Of a stretch of DNA of 38,661 nucleotides, positions 7,747 through 20,200 are shown one piece after another. Under the pieces are notes generated by a model that worked only from the letters and a program-made list of their open reading frames with translations, was not told where the DNA came from and did no database searches. A program made the position numbers and the translations under genes. Numbering within the stretch: position 1 is the stretch's first letter; every line of letters starts with the position of its first letter. The DNA comes from Lobosporangium transversale (taxonomy: Eukaryota), in contig NW_019029080.1 of NCBI RefSeq assembly GCF_002105155.1, positions 1 to 38,661 of the forward strand, written 5' to 3'.

Positions 7747-10397
7747 ATGGTATTTATAAATATCACGAACATGCTAGCTATTTCGATTAGCTTATAATTA
7801 ATTATTTTTCTTGATGCAAATTATAGGTCCTCACCACTGATACCTTAATTTCGAGTAACGGTGAGGATGCAGCTGAAGACCTTGAGCTAGGCTCCGAATT
7901 CTACAATCATGATGAAGCTAGCGACGTTGATACGGATCCTGAAGAGCACGACTGTGATGATGGTGGAGACTATTCTTCGGATGTGTCAGATTCCGAGCCA
8001 GAAATAGTGTGGGGGCCAGTTGAACCATCCGGTGAAGACAGCACCTCTGGGAATGCTCTCGCGCTATCTGAAAATAACGTAGAAGAAGTAGAGGATATAT
8101 CGAGATTGAGTCAAGATAAGGAGGCTCGTGCAATCAGTCTGGCTTCTACAATTGTGTCTGCGCAGCTACGAGAATACTCTTGGATTGAGTCGACGGTCCC
8201 AGAGGCTAAGATTAAGGATATTGTTGATGGCCTCAGGATTAAGAAACAGGACTACGATTATTTGCCGCACGTATTCTATGTGGACAAAAGGGACTTTGAA
8301 CTGTGGAAGGACCGAGATGGCAGCGATCACTTTTTTATTTGGAATAAAGGCAACTCTGAGATAAATGGTAGAAATGAAGACAATGAAGACTCTGAAATCA
8401 CCAACGACAATGATAGCAAAGGCAAACTGCGTTCATTTCAACTTTATTTCTGCCACTGTGCAGGCGCCCCACGCAAAAAAAAGATTACTGACCAAGATCA
8501 ACTACTTGAGAGGCCAGCCAAAAAAACTCGCAATGTTTATAAACCGACCAAGAAAGTAGGCTGTAAAGCCAGGCTAATTGTTCATGACGTAAAACCCGAT
8601 ATGGAAGAGTTCGCAAGTAGAGGAGAAAGGAACCAGCTGCGTGTGATATATTACTACAAGCACACTGGGCATACTCTTGCCAGTCTCGAGGACTTTCAGC
8701 ATCTCAGAGTGACAGAAGAAACAAAATCGCGAATTCGAAACCTTGTCCGTTTAGGTCTCTGTACAAGAAAGATTCTGACAAGGATAAACCTGACTGGTAG
8801 CCAGGCATTCTCGCGACACCAAAGAGGGTCTTTAGAGCGTGACCATGTCCTGAAGTATGAGGATGTGTACAATATTTATTATAAATATTCAAGTGGGCAG
8901 AGTCAGCTTGAAAAGAATGACTTAGTCTCGATGAGGCTGTGGATGGACAAACTAAAGGACAAGGGCTTCACTGTATTCACACTCGACTACCACATCATAA
9001 TAGACGGAGTGAATCATGCAAGATTTGCATATGGGTTTATGTCGCCGTTCCAGAAATCAGTTTATGGATCCAATTTTAAACACATTGGGCTAGATTCAAC
9101 ACATGGAACAAATCGCTCTAAACACGAGCTTTACACCATAATTGTGCGGAACCCACAAAGTCTGAGTGCTATCCCAGTTGCCTTCTTGCTTACGAACGAT
9201 CATAGCCATGTACCGTTGGCAAGATGGTTGACACATATCAGAGAAACCATTGGCTCACCTGAATACATCACCACTGATGATGCTCGAGCAGAATATAAAG
9301 CAATCCGATTGGCGTTTGGAGACTCAGCCACAGTTCATTTATGTCTATGGCATGTTATGAAAGCTTGGAGCACCAAGCTTCGAAGTGTTATCCGTGCAAC
9401 GCAAGACAAGGCTGCTAAGGAGTTGAGGGAAGAAGCGATGGGAGAGCTCCGTAGAATTTTGTTTGATCCAAACCGTACGCGAGCTGAGACTCTTATTTCA
9501 GAATTCGAGTTGAAATGGCAGGATCATAATGAGGGCAAAGTCTGGAATTATTTTAGGGAACGCTACCTCAGTGAAGACCGAAGGAGAAGGTGGATGAAAT
9601 GTTATCGTATGGGAAAGTTTTATGCTGGGATGGATACTAACAATTACGTCGAGTCCTGGCACAACCACCTTAAGTCGCACTTCTTACGAGGTTATACAAA
9701 CTGCAGAGGAGATAGATTGATTTATATCTTAACTCATGATGTAGATGAGTTTTACCAAATGATGGCAATGCAGACCGTGCGGCGCTATGGGCGACATTCA
9801 AAAGGCGAGAGAGATGACATTCACCAAAGAAAATTTCTAGATGGACTAGAAGACCTTCCACAGCGCATTGTTCACGAGCAGCAAGTGGGTGACCGAACCG
9901 TTTACTGTGTGCGCTCGTTCTTCGTATCTGGCGGATATTATTTCGTGGTTGCCATGAATCAAACTATCTCAAGATGTAACTGTCAGTACTTTATGTATTC
10001 TCAGCGCCCCTGCAGACATATGTATCTTTTGCATCAAGTTCATAAGGATAACCCAGACCCACCGCTCCACATCATACACGATGTCCTTGAGAGGGTCCCT
10101 GATAGACATGCTATGATCCAGAATTACCAAGATGGCCTGGAAGGGGATGTTAACCCAAGCATCAGTGATGCCCTGTTGGAGGTAGAGGATGCTGAAGCAG
10201 AGGAGGTTGCTGAGGCAGAGAGGATTGCTGATGCGGTTACTGAATCTTTGGAGATACTCAAAAAGGGCCTCCATGATTCAGATAGCATTGTGAGATGTCC
10301 CGACGCAGCAAGGGAGTTAAGTGATATGGTTGAACGGTATTTTTCTTTACAAAGAACGATAAATACATCTGGGAACCAAAAACGGCAGCGCCAATAA
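7747..10397 (+). CDS. Mutator transposase with SWIM finger; predicted join(7747-7749,7827-10397)
   Basis: FCHC...KVGCKARL...HTGH zinc domain, GLDSTHGTN, TTDD, CLWH, TNNYVESWH, SWIM CNC-x9-CRH; frame open from the AG acceptor at 7825-7826. Confidence 0.92.
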
Positions 10398-11070
10398 AAA
10401 AAAAAATTTTTACATGTATATATTTGATTTAAAAACTATTCAATCCAATTCAATCAAAGAGAGCACAATCAAAATAGCCAATCAGAAATCAGGATTTCAT
10501 TTCTTTTTTTTTTTACAGAACGATGAAAAAAGAAAATCCATTCTCTGTTGATGGAGAATATCTACAAGACTGAAAATCATATATTTGGTAGGGAAGACCC
10601 ATCGGTACGATTTAAAAAAAAGTTGAAAAGATTCGGTTAAGTCTTCAGTAGGATACCTCCATTCAAAAACTTGTACATCGAAAATAATCAGGATTATGAT
10701 CATCTTCTTTCGTTCAAAAGTAATATTACTCTGTCAGTACTGGCGATACACATTGTAAAATATAGATTCAAGTAGCCAAAAGCTATATCTATAAGTCGTA
10801 TATATGCACTCCAAGGAACCAGCAATGCGGTTGTCAACAAAAATGGCCATTGAATTCTCTAAATAGAGTAATATCTGGAATTTATAGTCTCTCCTTCATC
10901 TTTAAACAGCAAGGATTGTTATTTTTGTAAACTAAGTCGCTGTAAAAGTGCCACAGTTGGATTCAGCATTGACATGTCCTTTTAACCTGAAAATATGGTG
11001 AAGTTTGAAGGTTTTATCATAGAGATCTACTTTTTTTACTAGTTTCAACGAAACATTTTTTTAGACAAGT

Positions 11071-11593
11071 TGTCAAGGACTGACAGGACGAGTGCAAGAG
11101 AAGGTAAGTGATTTAGGAACAAGAATGAACTTAGGAGATTCAAGAATAGTTTTATTGCAGACTGAGGTTTACTATGTTACAGATCTATCATATTTATACT
11201 TGTTTGACTGAAGCGGAGACGCGCTTCAAGAACTCTAAATAAAGCTTACTCAAATATTTCCTAAGGACTTTTACCATATGCGGAACTTCAAGTGTTGAGT
11301 TAACTTAATACACAGGATCCGAGGAAGATATCTGGTGCAATCTTATTTCAAGGTTCCTTGGCACTATAAGCCTTGGTTATTGGTTTATAGCTCTTCTAGA
11401 ATCCTTGGAGCTATTCACGGAGCTAGAAAACTAGGAGACGCGACTTGGCTTGACAGGCAAACTATGCATGGAGGAATGAGTGAAGGAAATGAGCGGAACA
11501 AATTAATCAAGCACACGTGATCTTTTTCAGATTCGAATCAGACAAAAGTCATTCATCAATTCATGAGCTAGACATTGCTTGCTGTTCGTGACA
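11071..11593 (-). mobile_element. Solo LTR B
   Basis: Matches 4507-5029; 5-bp TSD CAAGT (11066-11070, 11594-11598). Confidence 0.96.
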
Positions 11594-11935
11594 CAAGTGT
11601 CTACCAAGCTATACTTGGTTTCCAAAGTCAGTTTATATGTCACTACGGATACTCAATTTCTTCAGAAACTTCAATTGCTACCCTAGATCGCTTTATATTA
11701 GTGTCTTTTGTCATTATCCAAAGTTTGGTTTGGATTGAGATTCATTTGAATGACTTTTACATATGAGAACTGGTTTTCCCATATGATTATGGACTTAGAG
11801 ACAGGTTAGATTGAACTTCCATGTATATTTCGGCTCACATGACCCACATGGCCCACATGACTTGTATGGAAATAACTTTTATTTTTTATTTAAGGGCGTC
11901 TCATATTTGGCCAACTTGAGTATCTAAGGGGACTC

Positions 11936-12087
11936 CATCGTCTATGGTTCTGAAAAAGTATATAAAGTGAAAGCAAGGCTGATGAGATAGAAAATTATCG
12001 AAAGCAACTGCTCCCATAGCTTCACTTTTCTGTCTTCCTCTCTTGCTCCTTCCACTTTTACCTTCTTTTTCTCCCCTTCAAAAAGAA
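11936..12087 (+). mobile_element. 3'-terminal remnant of a second PLE-like family
   Basis: Same layout as 861-993 (TGAAAAAGTATA, hammerhead, pyrimidine tract, A-rich end) but diverged in sequence; no RT attached. Confidence 0.7.
11964..12028 (+). ncRNA. Type I hammerhead ribozyme (family 2)
   Basis: CUGAUGA (11979-11985), helix II GAUA-gaaaau-UAUC, GAAA, helix III AGCA-ac-UGCU, CUC triplet 12011-12013; helix I GG/CC, internal loop, then AAAGUG(A)AAGC/GCUUCACUUU. Confidence 0.9.
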
Positions 12088-12526
12088 ATAATTTGCATCA
12101 AGAAAAATAATTAATTATAAGCTAATCGAAATAGCTAGCATGTTCGTGATATTTATAAATACCATTGTGGACGGCTAATATTATCTATCTCAGAGAGAAG
12201 GAAGGCAGAGAGTTAGAAATGAAGTAGGCTAATTTGAATTTACGCGTTATTTTTTTTTTTTCTTTTTTTTAAAAAAAATAAAAAGGTTACCTGGGACAGG
12301 AGATGGACTACAGAAACACGAAAAGGGCCTGAATGGAGTCTGCAGGAGAGCGATCCTGACATAAATAAAATAGTAATGAGCGATGGAATAGGATTAGATG
12401 GCGATTGTGATTCGGAAGAAGCAACTGGCAGAAAAGGGTGGATTTAGCAAATAGCCTACTACGTCACCTCATTATAAATTCTAACAAAAAAATACCACTA
12501 CGCAACTTGAGTATTTAAGGGAATTC
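12088..12526 (-). mobile_element. 5'-terminal fragment of another MULE-1 copy
   Basis: Reverse complement of 7387-7824 with a handful of substitutions. Confidence 0.9.
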
Positions 12527-13830
12527 ACTTTTTTTGTGTACATATAAAAAATGTTATTCTAATCAAGATGGAAAACATGGGCGTGGAACATGTGGACAAT
12601 TTTGGAAGCCACTGTAGCAGCATGAATAACGATATACCTTTTTGTACACATATAGGCATATCTTAGCGACATATGCTCAAAAATATTTACGAGTCCCCTT
12701 AGATCTGAGACTAGAGGAAATAAATGTTTGCTTTTGAACTTAAAATTGTTTAATTCCATTACATATCACATGACAATAAATTATTTTTTGAGCATATTTC
12801 GTTAAGATGTATTTATGTAAATGAAAAGATATGTAGATATCCATAGTGCTATAGGTAAAGTCGCTCGTTTCAGACCCGATTGGGTTATATCGACATGGGG
12901 CCGGTAGCTGGTACTGGAGCGCAACTTTTAAGAGATGGTTTTACGTTTTCTGGCGAAAGTTAATATCCGTAGTTAAGTGATAAATGCAACAAGACAGAGT
13001 ATGTGACCAATCTAGACAACCATTTCAAAATTAGTTTTGTAAAAGTTGGCAAAGACGATGGAGCGCAACACAGATATACCCAAAAGCAATGGAACCATCA
13101 GGATATATGTATTTTTCAATTTGGAATCCAACGGTGGTAAATTCACTACTAGTTACATAGTCAGAAAAAATAGTTTTCTTAAAGGAAAAGCGAGAAGGTC
13201 GAGGAAAAAAGCAATTTTTTGATATTCTATGCTCATTTACTCAAGAACCGCTGAATGGAATACCGAAAAGCAAGGCTCATATCATAGCTGTAGGCTAGGG
13301 GAACTGTTATCTGCTTTGGCTAGTCTCTATCTCTCAAGATTCTGACGCAATGGTCCATTGAGTGTGTTAAAAATGGGATAATCTTAGTTTTTTCTTTGTT
13401 TGACATACTTTACACAGGTGCTACTCCATGGATACTAAATGGATCTCCTTAAGAATAGTTTTAAATCAAAGCTAATAAGCTCTTTCATTGGCCGTGCCGA
13501 GAGCGGCTGCTTCCTAGCAATCTAGCAGGAGCTACTCATGCTTAAAGCCTGCCCAGTCTTTAAAATCACCCAGCTTTGTCACAATTTTGGGTGCTATCTC
13601 TATAATACTGAACGGATCCTTTCCATTCTTATTATATCTGGTGCGCATCGCTGTCCTCTATTGTACATTTCATCGGCATGGTGCCATCTTCCCTAGAAGG
13701 ATAGTTATAAGCATTCTAGTAGCTTCAATGATGGTTGCGTGTGAAATTTGGGTGAGATTTTGTGGGAGAAACCTTAATTTGGCTTGAATTTTTCTTTTGC
13801 ATTCTTTTTTTTTATTAAAGAAACTTAAAT

Positions 13831-15287
13831 CTAATAACACTGCCGTTGCCGTTTCTTAGTTCCGGATGTATTGGGGATTTTTGGCACGGTATCTAGCGTA
13901 TTTACTACATGCTTCAACTTCCCTATGGTCTCTTCCGACCGCTTATTTACAATATCAGAGCTCTGAAGAAACTTTTTAATCAACTCAAGCATATGCATAC
14001 ATGGACGGCGCCTACTTATAAAGAATAGGTAATTACATCCTGTGATGATATTGTTTTCATCGACTTTCACGTTATATATACCATGCCCAGTTGTAGGCGA
14101 GACAACGCAATAATACCCTTCAACATAAATGACCAGGCCTTGGAGCTCCTCAATAGTTTTGTTGTCTAGGCATCTTTCTTGCAAGATATCTATCTTCTCG
14201 CCTTTGGAATGCCAGCCATAACGGACTACACTGCGCATTGCTAATGCCTGATAGAAGTCATCCACATCATGGCTTAGGAGATAGATCAGCCTGTCGCCTC
14301 GGCAGTTAGTATGGCCTCGTAGAAAATGGGACTTGAGGTGGTTGTGCCAAGATTCCACATAATTATTGGTATCCATACCAGCATAGAATTTACCAACACG
14401 GTATGACTTCATCCATCGTTGTCTACGTCCTTCGATGAAGTATCGGTTTTTGAGGTACTTCCAAAGTTTCCCTTCATTGTGCTCCGACCATTTCTTTTCG
14501 AATTCAACTATCTTCTCACCGGCAGTTTGGGAAGATGGATCATAAAGGATCGAGCGGAGCTCATTCATTGCGGATTGTCGAAGCTCCTTGCTTTGATTCT
14601 TATCGGCACCTCGGATTATGGTTGAGAACTTACGGGCCCAGGATTTCATTACATGCCATAGACACAAATGAACAGTTACATCATTTCCAAATGCTTTACG
14701 GATGGCCTGGTATTCCACTTGAGCGTCATCAGTGGTAATGAATTCTAGGGCGCCAACCATATTCTTAATATGAATGAGCCAATGCTTCAGCGAGCGGTGC
14801 GAATGATCATTGGTGAGTAGGAAAGCGACAGGGATGGCGCTCATCCGCAATGGGTCCTGGATTATTATTGTGAATAGCTCAAATTTGTAACGGTTCGTTC
14901 CATGTGTCGAGTCCAGACCAATGCATTTAAAATTCGAGCTGTATACTGATCGAATCCATAGGCGAATTTGTGAATTGCTTGTCCACTATCTCGGTGAACT
15001 GCCTTGTGAAAACGGTAAAGTGCTTCTCTTGCTGCAGCTTTGACATCCAGAGCCTCATCGAATTCATGTCGTTGTCTGATAGTTTTGTCAGGGCAGAAAT
15101 GTGCGTATAATAAATATTATAAACGTCCTCATATGTAAGGACATCGTCACGCTGTAAACGCCCTTGTTTGTGGCGAGTATATGCCTGAGGCCCAGTCAAA
15201 TTGATCTTGGCAATTATTCTCCTAGTACACAAGCCAAGACGAACCAAGTTTCGAACCCGTGCTTTTGTTGATTCCGTCAAGTTGAGA
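13831..15287 (-). pseudogene. MULE-2 transposase, C-terminal part (frameshifted, SWIM damaged)
   Basis: Homologous to MULE-1: RNLVRLGLCTR, TTDD, CLWH, TNNYVESWH; frame breaks near 14850-14960. Confidence 0.9.
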
Positions 15288-16533
15288 CAGTGCTCCTAAT
15301 CGGTACATTCGATTCAATACACCTTCGAACCGAAATCGAATTGACCAAGGTAAGGTTCATATCGAATCGAAACCGAATGAATATATATTGTCGAAACCGA
15401 ATCGAATGTATCGAATATTCGATGCATTCGGTAAACCGAATCATTCGGTGCCTCGATTGTACCGATTCAATTCATTTGATATACCGAATCATTCGGTACA
15501 TTGATATACCGATTAAAATTTTTATAAATTTTTTCTCACGGCACTCTTAATCAAAATGTGGATTTAAATCGTGGATTAAGAAAAATATTACCATGAAGAT
15601 AAGGTTAAAACACATGTTTATAGAAAATAAAGCCTAACAACGAGTGCGAGATGTCTGGTGCGTTATACTTAAATACTCAACTGCGGCATCAGGACAACAA
15701 ATGTGTTTGCATTCGCTTCATTTCGCCTCCTTTCCTTTCCTTTTCCTTTTTTTTTTTTTTTTTTTTTCTCTCTTTTCCTTTTCATGCATTATCTCAATTC
15801 AGCCCAAAACATCTCTTAAAATGAGTAAACGAAGTCTCGAATTATCGAGGAGGAAGAAGAAGAAGTATATATTGATTACATTTGCCATATTACTTTGTAT
15901 TAAGAAAAGAAGGAAAAAACTTAACCTTAATGTTTAAATTAATACCTCCATTGCAATTTTATCATACATGAACTTAAGGTTTATGACGTTGGTAACACTT
16001 CTATGTCTGCCAGCTTTGACGCACCTGATGTAAATAGTAACAATCAAAGGTGATCTTAGGTGGAATCGAAGGTCAAAGGATACTTTATTTGGCTATAACG
16101 TAGTGAACTATTTATACTGATAATTAATAGGGTTGGGGCTTGGTGTCTTGGCACTTGGGCTTGGCGTCTTGGCGCCTGGGGTGCGCGTGATAGTTGAGCC
16201 CTCCTCAAAGGTTTGAGTCAGTATTGTATAACACGTTTGCATCCTTCCCGTCAAAAATGAAGGAGATCATAAATCGAAGAAGAAAAGAGAAAAAAAAAAA
16301 TTGATGGAAATAAAGAAAACGAAGAGAAGAGAGGAGAAATAAATAAAATAATAAATAAAATAAAAAAAAAATTGATGTGGTGATGTCTGATTGGTTAAAA
16401 TTACTGGTCATGCGGTTCATGCAGATCATGTGGATGAGGATGGGTGAATGAGTGGCGATGGAGTTGGTGAGTTCGTGTTGCATTCTTTCCTCATTCCTCT
16501 TTGCTTATTTCAAAAAAAAGGAAAAAAGTCTCC

Positions 16534-17181
16534 ATGATGTCTTCACGCAAGGCTTCTCATCCAATGCCACCGCGTAAAGGTCGTGCTCCTTCTGGTGGCG
16601 TGTTTTCTGAAGTTGTATTGACACAGCGGTCGGCGGTACCAAGCTCCCAGGGTTCTTCAGATGACCCTGACGCCACACAGCCTTATTCTGTGCCTCAGGA
16701 GGAAGAGCTAGATACGAGGTTGGAATTGTCTCCACGTCTTTCACCTGTAATCTTGGGGCGGATGCTACCGAAGGAGGAGTATCCTGAGGTGGGCGATTCG
16801 CCAACTGTGAGGGAAGCCAGAGATCATGTGGAGTCGAGTACTTCAGCGACGTCGGGAGTGGAGGGGGCTGGGGTCCGTTTGGCTTCTGTAAGTTCGACGA
16901 GTGACAATGCACAGTGGGAAGCTGTTGATGGAGAGGATGGTCCTGAGGAGCCGGAGAGGCGACGGAAGAGGAGTCGTCATGAGGGACCGAGACTGTCGAT
17001 GATAAGAGAGTGTTCTTCGCTGATAGCGTTTGAGTTTCGTGCATTGCAGACCCAGGATGTGAGTGTAGAAGAGCGAGCATGGGAACGTCGTCGATTGATG
17101 GAGGAAATGGCGGTTGTTACCATGCTGGAGTGGGCAGAGAAGGGAGGTAAAAGGAAGAGAGGAAGAGAGGAAAGGAGATAG
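16534..17181 (+). CDS. Antisense extra ORF (215 aa) between pol and the 3' LTR of chromovirus A; unknown function
   Basis: Uninterrupted GC-richer ORF between low-complexity spacers; acidic/Ser-rich, with RRRKRSR and KRKR basic clusters and a helical-looking C-terminus. Confidence 0.6.
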   Translation: MMSSRKASHPMPPRKGRAPSGGVFSEVVLTQRSAVPSSQGSSDDPDATQPYSVPQEEELDTRLELSPRLSPVILGRMLPKEEYPEVGDSPTVREARDHVESSTSATSGVEGAGVRLASVSSTSDNAQWEAVDGEDGPEEPERRRKRSRHEGPRLSMIRECSSLIAFEFRALQTQDVSVEERAWERRRLMEEMAVVTMLEWAEKGGKRKRGREERR

Positions 17182-17260
17182 TAAAAGAAGAAAGGAAGAG
17201 AGAAAAGAAAAAAAAAGAAGAAAAATAAAAAAAAAGAAACAGAGAAAAATAATTTTGGTG

Positions 17261-20200
17261 TTACTGTTGCATTTTTTGAAATTCCTCCAGTGCTTCTTTT
17301 GCATTAACTAGTGAGGATCTCCGTTCCCATGTTGCTTCTTCGTCAGGATATCCCTTCCATTTCACGAGCCACTTGGGGGTTCTGCCAAATAGTTTGTAAT
17401 CCAGAATCTTTTCCACTTCATATTCTTCTTCGCCATCGACTAAATCTGGTGGGAGTCTGGCAGGTGCTCGTTCGCCGAAATTCTCCGGGGATTCGTGATA
17501 ATGTCGTAATAAATCTGTATTGAAGACAGGGTGTTGTTTCATGTTCGGAGGTAGCTCGAGCTTGTACGCGTTGTCGTTGATCTTCTCTATGATTTTGAAT
17601 GGTCCAATGAATTTTGGTTCCAACTTTTTGGAGGGTCGGTTTGCGTGAGCTGCGACAGTGATATGCTCCGTACTCAGTAAGACACTATCGCCTACAGTGA
17701 ATCTGGCGGGTGATCGTGCTTTATCTGCTTGGCGTTTTTGGATGTCCTGAGCTGTCGCTATTGCGTCTTGTGCTTGCGCCAACGCAGAGGCTTGAGTGGA
17801 AATGAAGGTAGAGATAGCCGGTACATCTGTTGTTGGTGGTTTCAAGAGGGATGATGGGACAATGGGATGATGACCGTGGTTTAGGAAAAAGGGGGAAAAC
17901 CCTGTGGAGGGGTTGACGGAGTTGTTGTATGCAAATTCCATCATTGGTAAGAGCAAGTCCCAGTCATTCTGTTTGTACGAGACATAAGATCGTAGCATTT
18001 CCTCCAGGGTCCTGTTGGCTCGCTCCGTCTGTCCGTCTGTCTGAGGATGGAATGCTGTAGACATATGGAGTTTAGTTCCCATGAGCTTCATCAATGTGGT
18101 CCAGAAGTGTCCCGTGAATCTTGAGTCTCTGTCCGATACAATAGCTCGTGGCATGCCATGGAGTCGGAAGACATTATTGAAGAAGAGTCGCGCGATATCT
18201 GAAGCAGTGTCCGTTGTATGGCTAGGGCAGAAGTGGACTTGTTTGGATAACTTGTCTACGAATACAGTTATGGCATTGAACCCTCGGTTCGTCTTGGGTA
18301 AAGGGCCAATGAAGTCCATGGTGACAATTTCCCATCGTTCAAGAGGTATATCGAGAGGTTTGAATAATCCGGCAGGATGATGAAGCAGTGGTTTATTTCG
18401 CTGGCACTGTTCGCATGATGCAATGTAAGTCTTGGTGTCTCGGGCCATTCGTGGCCAAAAGAAAGTCCTTCGCATGGTTTCATATGTTTTCTCGAAGCCG
18501 AGGTGGCCAGCAATGGGAGAATCATGTGCATCATGAAGTAGGAGAGCGCGAATGTTAGGATCATTCGGGATACATAAACGTGTCTGTCCAGCGATGTTAA
18601 TCCACAATAGGTCATCAGCAACAAAATAACGATCAGAGGGACTTGCCTCGCGGCAGCTTTCGTAAAGTGATCCTAACTTAAGGTCATATGGGTAACACTT
18701 TATCAGGCGCTGCCGTAAGCCTGGGTCCAAACTTATTTCTATGGAGTTAATCTGCTCACTGGCGGGATCCTGCGCCTTGTGGTCAGGCCTCCTTGAGAGA
18801 GCGTCGGGGACGATGTTGTCTTTGCCTGGTTTGTACTTGAAGTTGAAGTCGTATTCTTGTAGGAGTTCCATCCATCTGGCCTGTCTCCGAGTCAGGTTTG
18901 GCTGGGTTGGAAAATGCTGCAATGTGGCATGGTCAGTATAGACAATAAAATGAGATCCATCCAAATAGTATCGCCATGTTCTTAAGGCGTGGACGACAGC
19001 TAGTAATTCTTGCTCATGGGTTGGGTAGTTTCGTTCTGCAGAGCTCAACTTTCGTGATGTAAAGGCAACAGGGCGCGATTCGCCCTTGTGATCTGTTTGG
19101 AACAAGACTGCACCAATGGCGAAACCTGATGCATCAGTTTCGACGGAAGTTGCTAGGGCAGGGTCAAAAATTCTGAGTACGGGTGCCATGGTGACTGCCT
19201 GCTTCAGTCTTTCAAAGGCCTCTTGGTGAGGCTTGCTCCAGTAGAATGTTGTAGTTGAGCCTAACAGATCAGTAAGGGGAAGCGCGATATCAGCATAGTG
19301 GTCGATGTATTGATGATAGAAGTTTGTTAATCCAAGGAACTGCATGACGTGGCGCTGTGTTGTGGGTGTTGGCCATTCTCTAACTGCCTTAACCAGTGCT
19401 CCGTTTGTTTTGAGTCCATCTTTGGATATAACATGGCCTAGGAACTCTGTCTCCTCTTGCATAAATGAACACTTGGAAAGCTTGCAAAAGAGGCCTGCCT
19501 TGCGTAGGAGCCTAAGAACGTTTCTGATGTCTTGTAGATGTTGCTCTTTGTTATCAGAATAAATCAGTATATCATCTAGGTAAACTACAGTGCATTTATC
19601 CAGCACAGGATCCAACACGTTGCGCATCATGGCTGAAAAGGCGGCAGGTGCGTTGGTGAGTCCGAAAGGGACGACGTTAAACTCATAGTGACCGTAGCGT
19701 GTTCGAAATGCCGTTTTATGTCGGTCGTCTGGATGAACGCGCATTTGATGATATCCGGATAGTAAGTCGAGCTTTGTAAAAAATCGTGCTGTCCTGAAAC
19801 GATCTATTAGCTCGTCGATTCTTGGTAGTGGATGGCGATTCTTACGGGTTATTTTGTTTAATCCTCTGTAGTCTACACACATCCTCAGTCCGCCATCCTT
19901 CTTTTTAACGAATAAAACTGGTGCTCCGTAGGGTGATGTACTTGGAGAGATGAAGCCTTTGCGCAGTAGTTCTGTGAGTTGTGTTTTTAGTTCGTCTAAT
20001 TCAGCAATTGATAAGCGAATGACTGGTCTTACAGGTGGATCGGTATTATTTTCAGTCTCGATTCGCATGCTATCGCCACGATCCTGAGGGAGTCCGTCCG
20101 GTAGTGTGTCAGGAAAGAGGTCTGGAAATTCTACTTGGACAATTTGTTGAATCGATTCGGGTAGTGTTGAGTCTAGGTTTGTTGGTGGTGAAGTGGTTCT

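Larger units (their letters stand above)
7387..11935 (+). mobile_element. MULE-1 (Mutator-like DNA transposon)
   Basis: 24-bp imperfect TIRs: GAATTCCCTTAAATACTCAAGTTG (7387-7410) versus the reverse complement of 11912-11935 (3 mismatches). An independent copy ends at the same base (12526). No matching TSD. Confidence 0.82.

Noticed and set aside
7387..12526. 440-bp inverted repeat as the long TIRs of one MULE
   Set aside because: A separate short TIR closes MULE-1 at 11935, and 12088-12526 includes the ATG and intron, so it is better read as the 5' end of a second copy.
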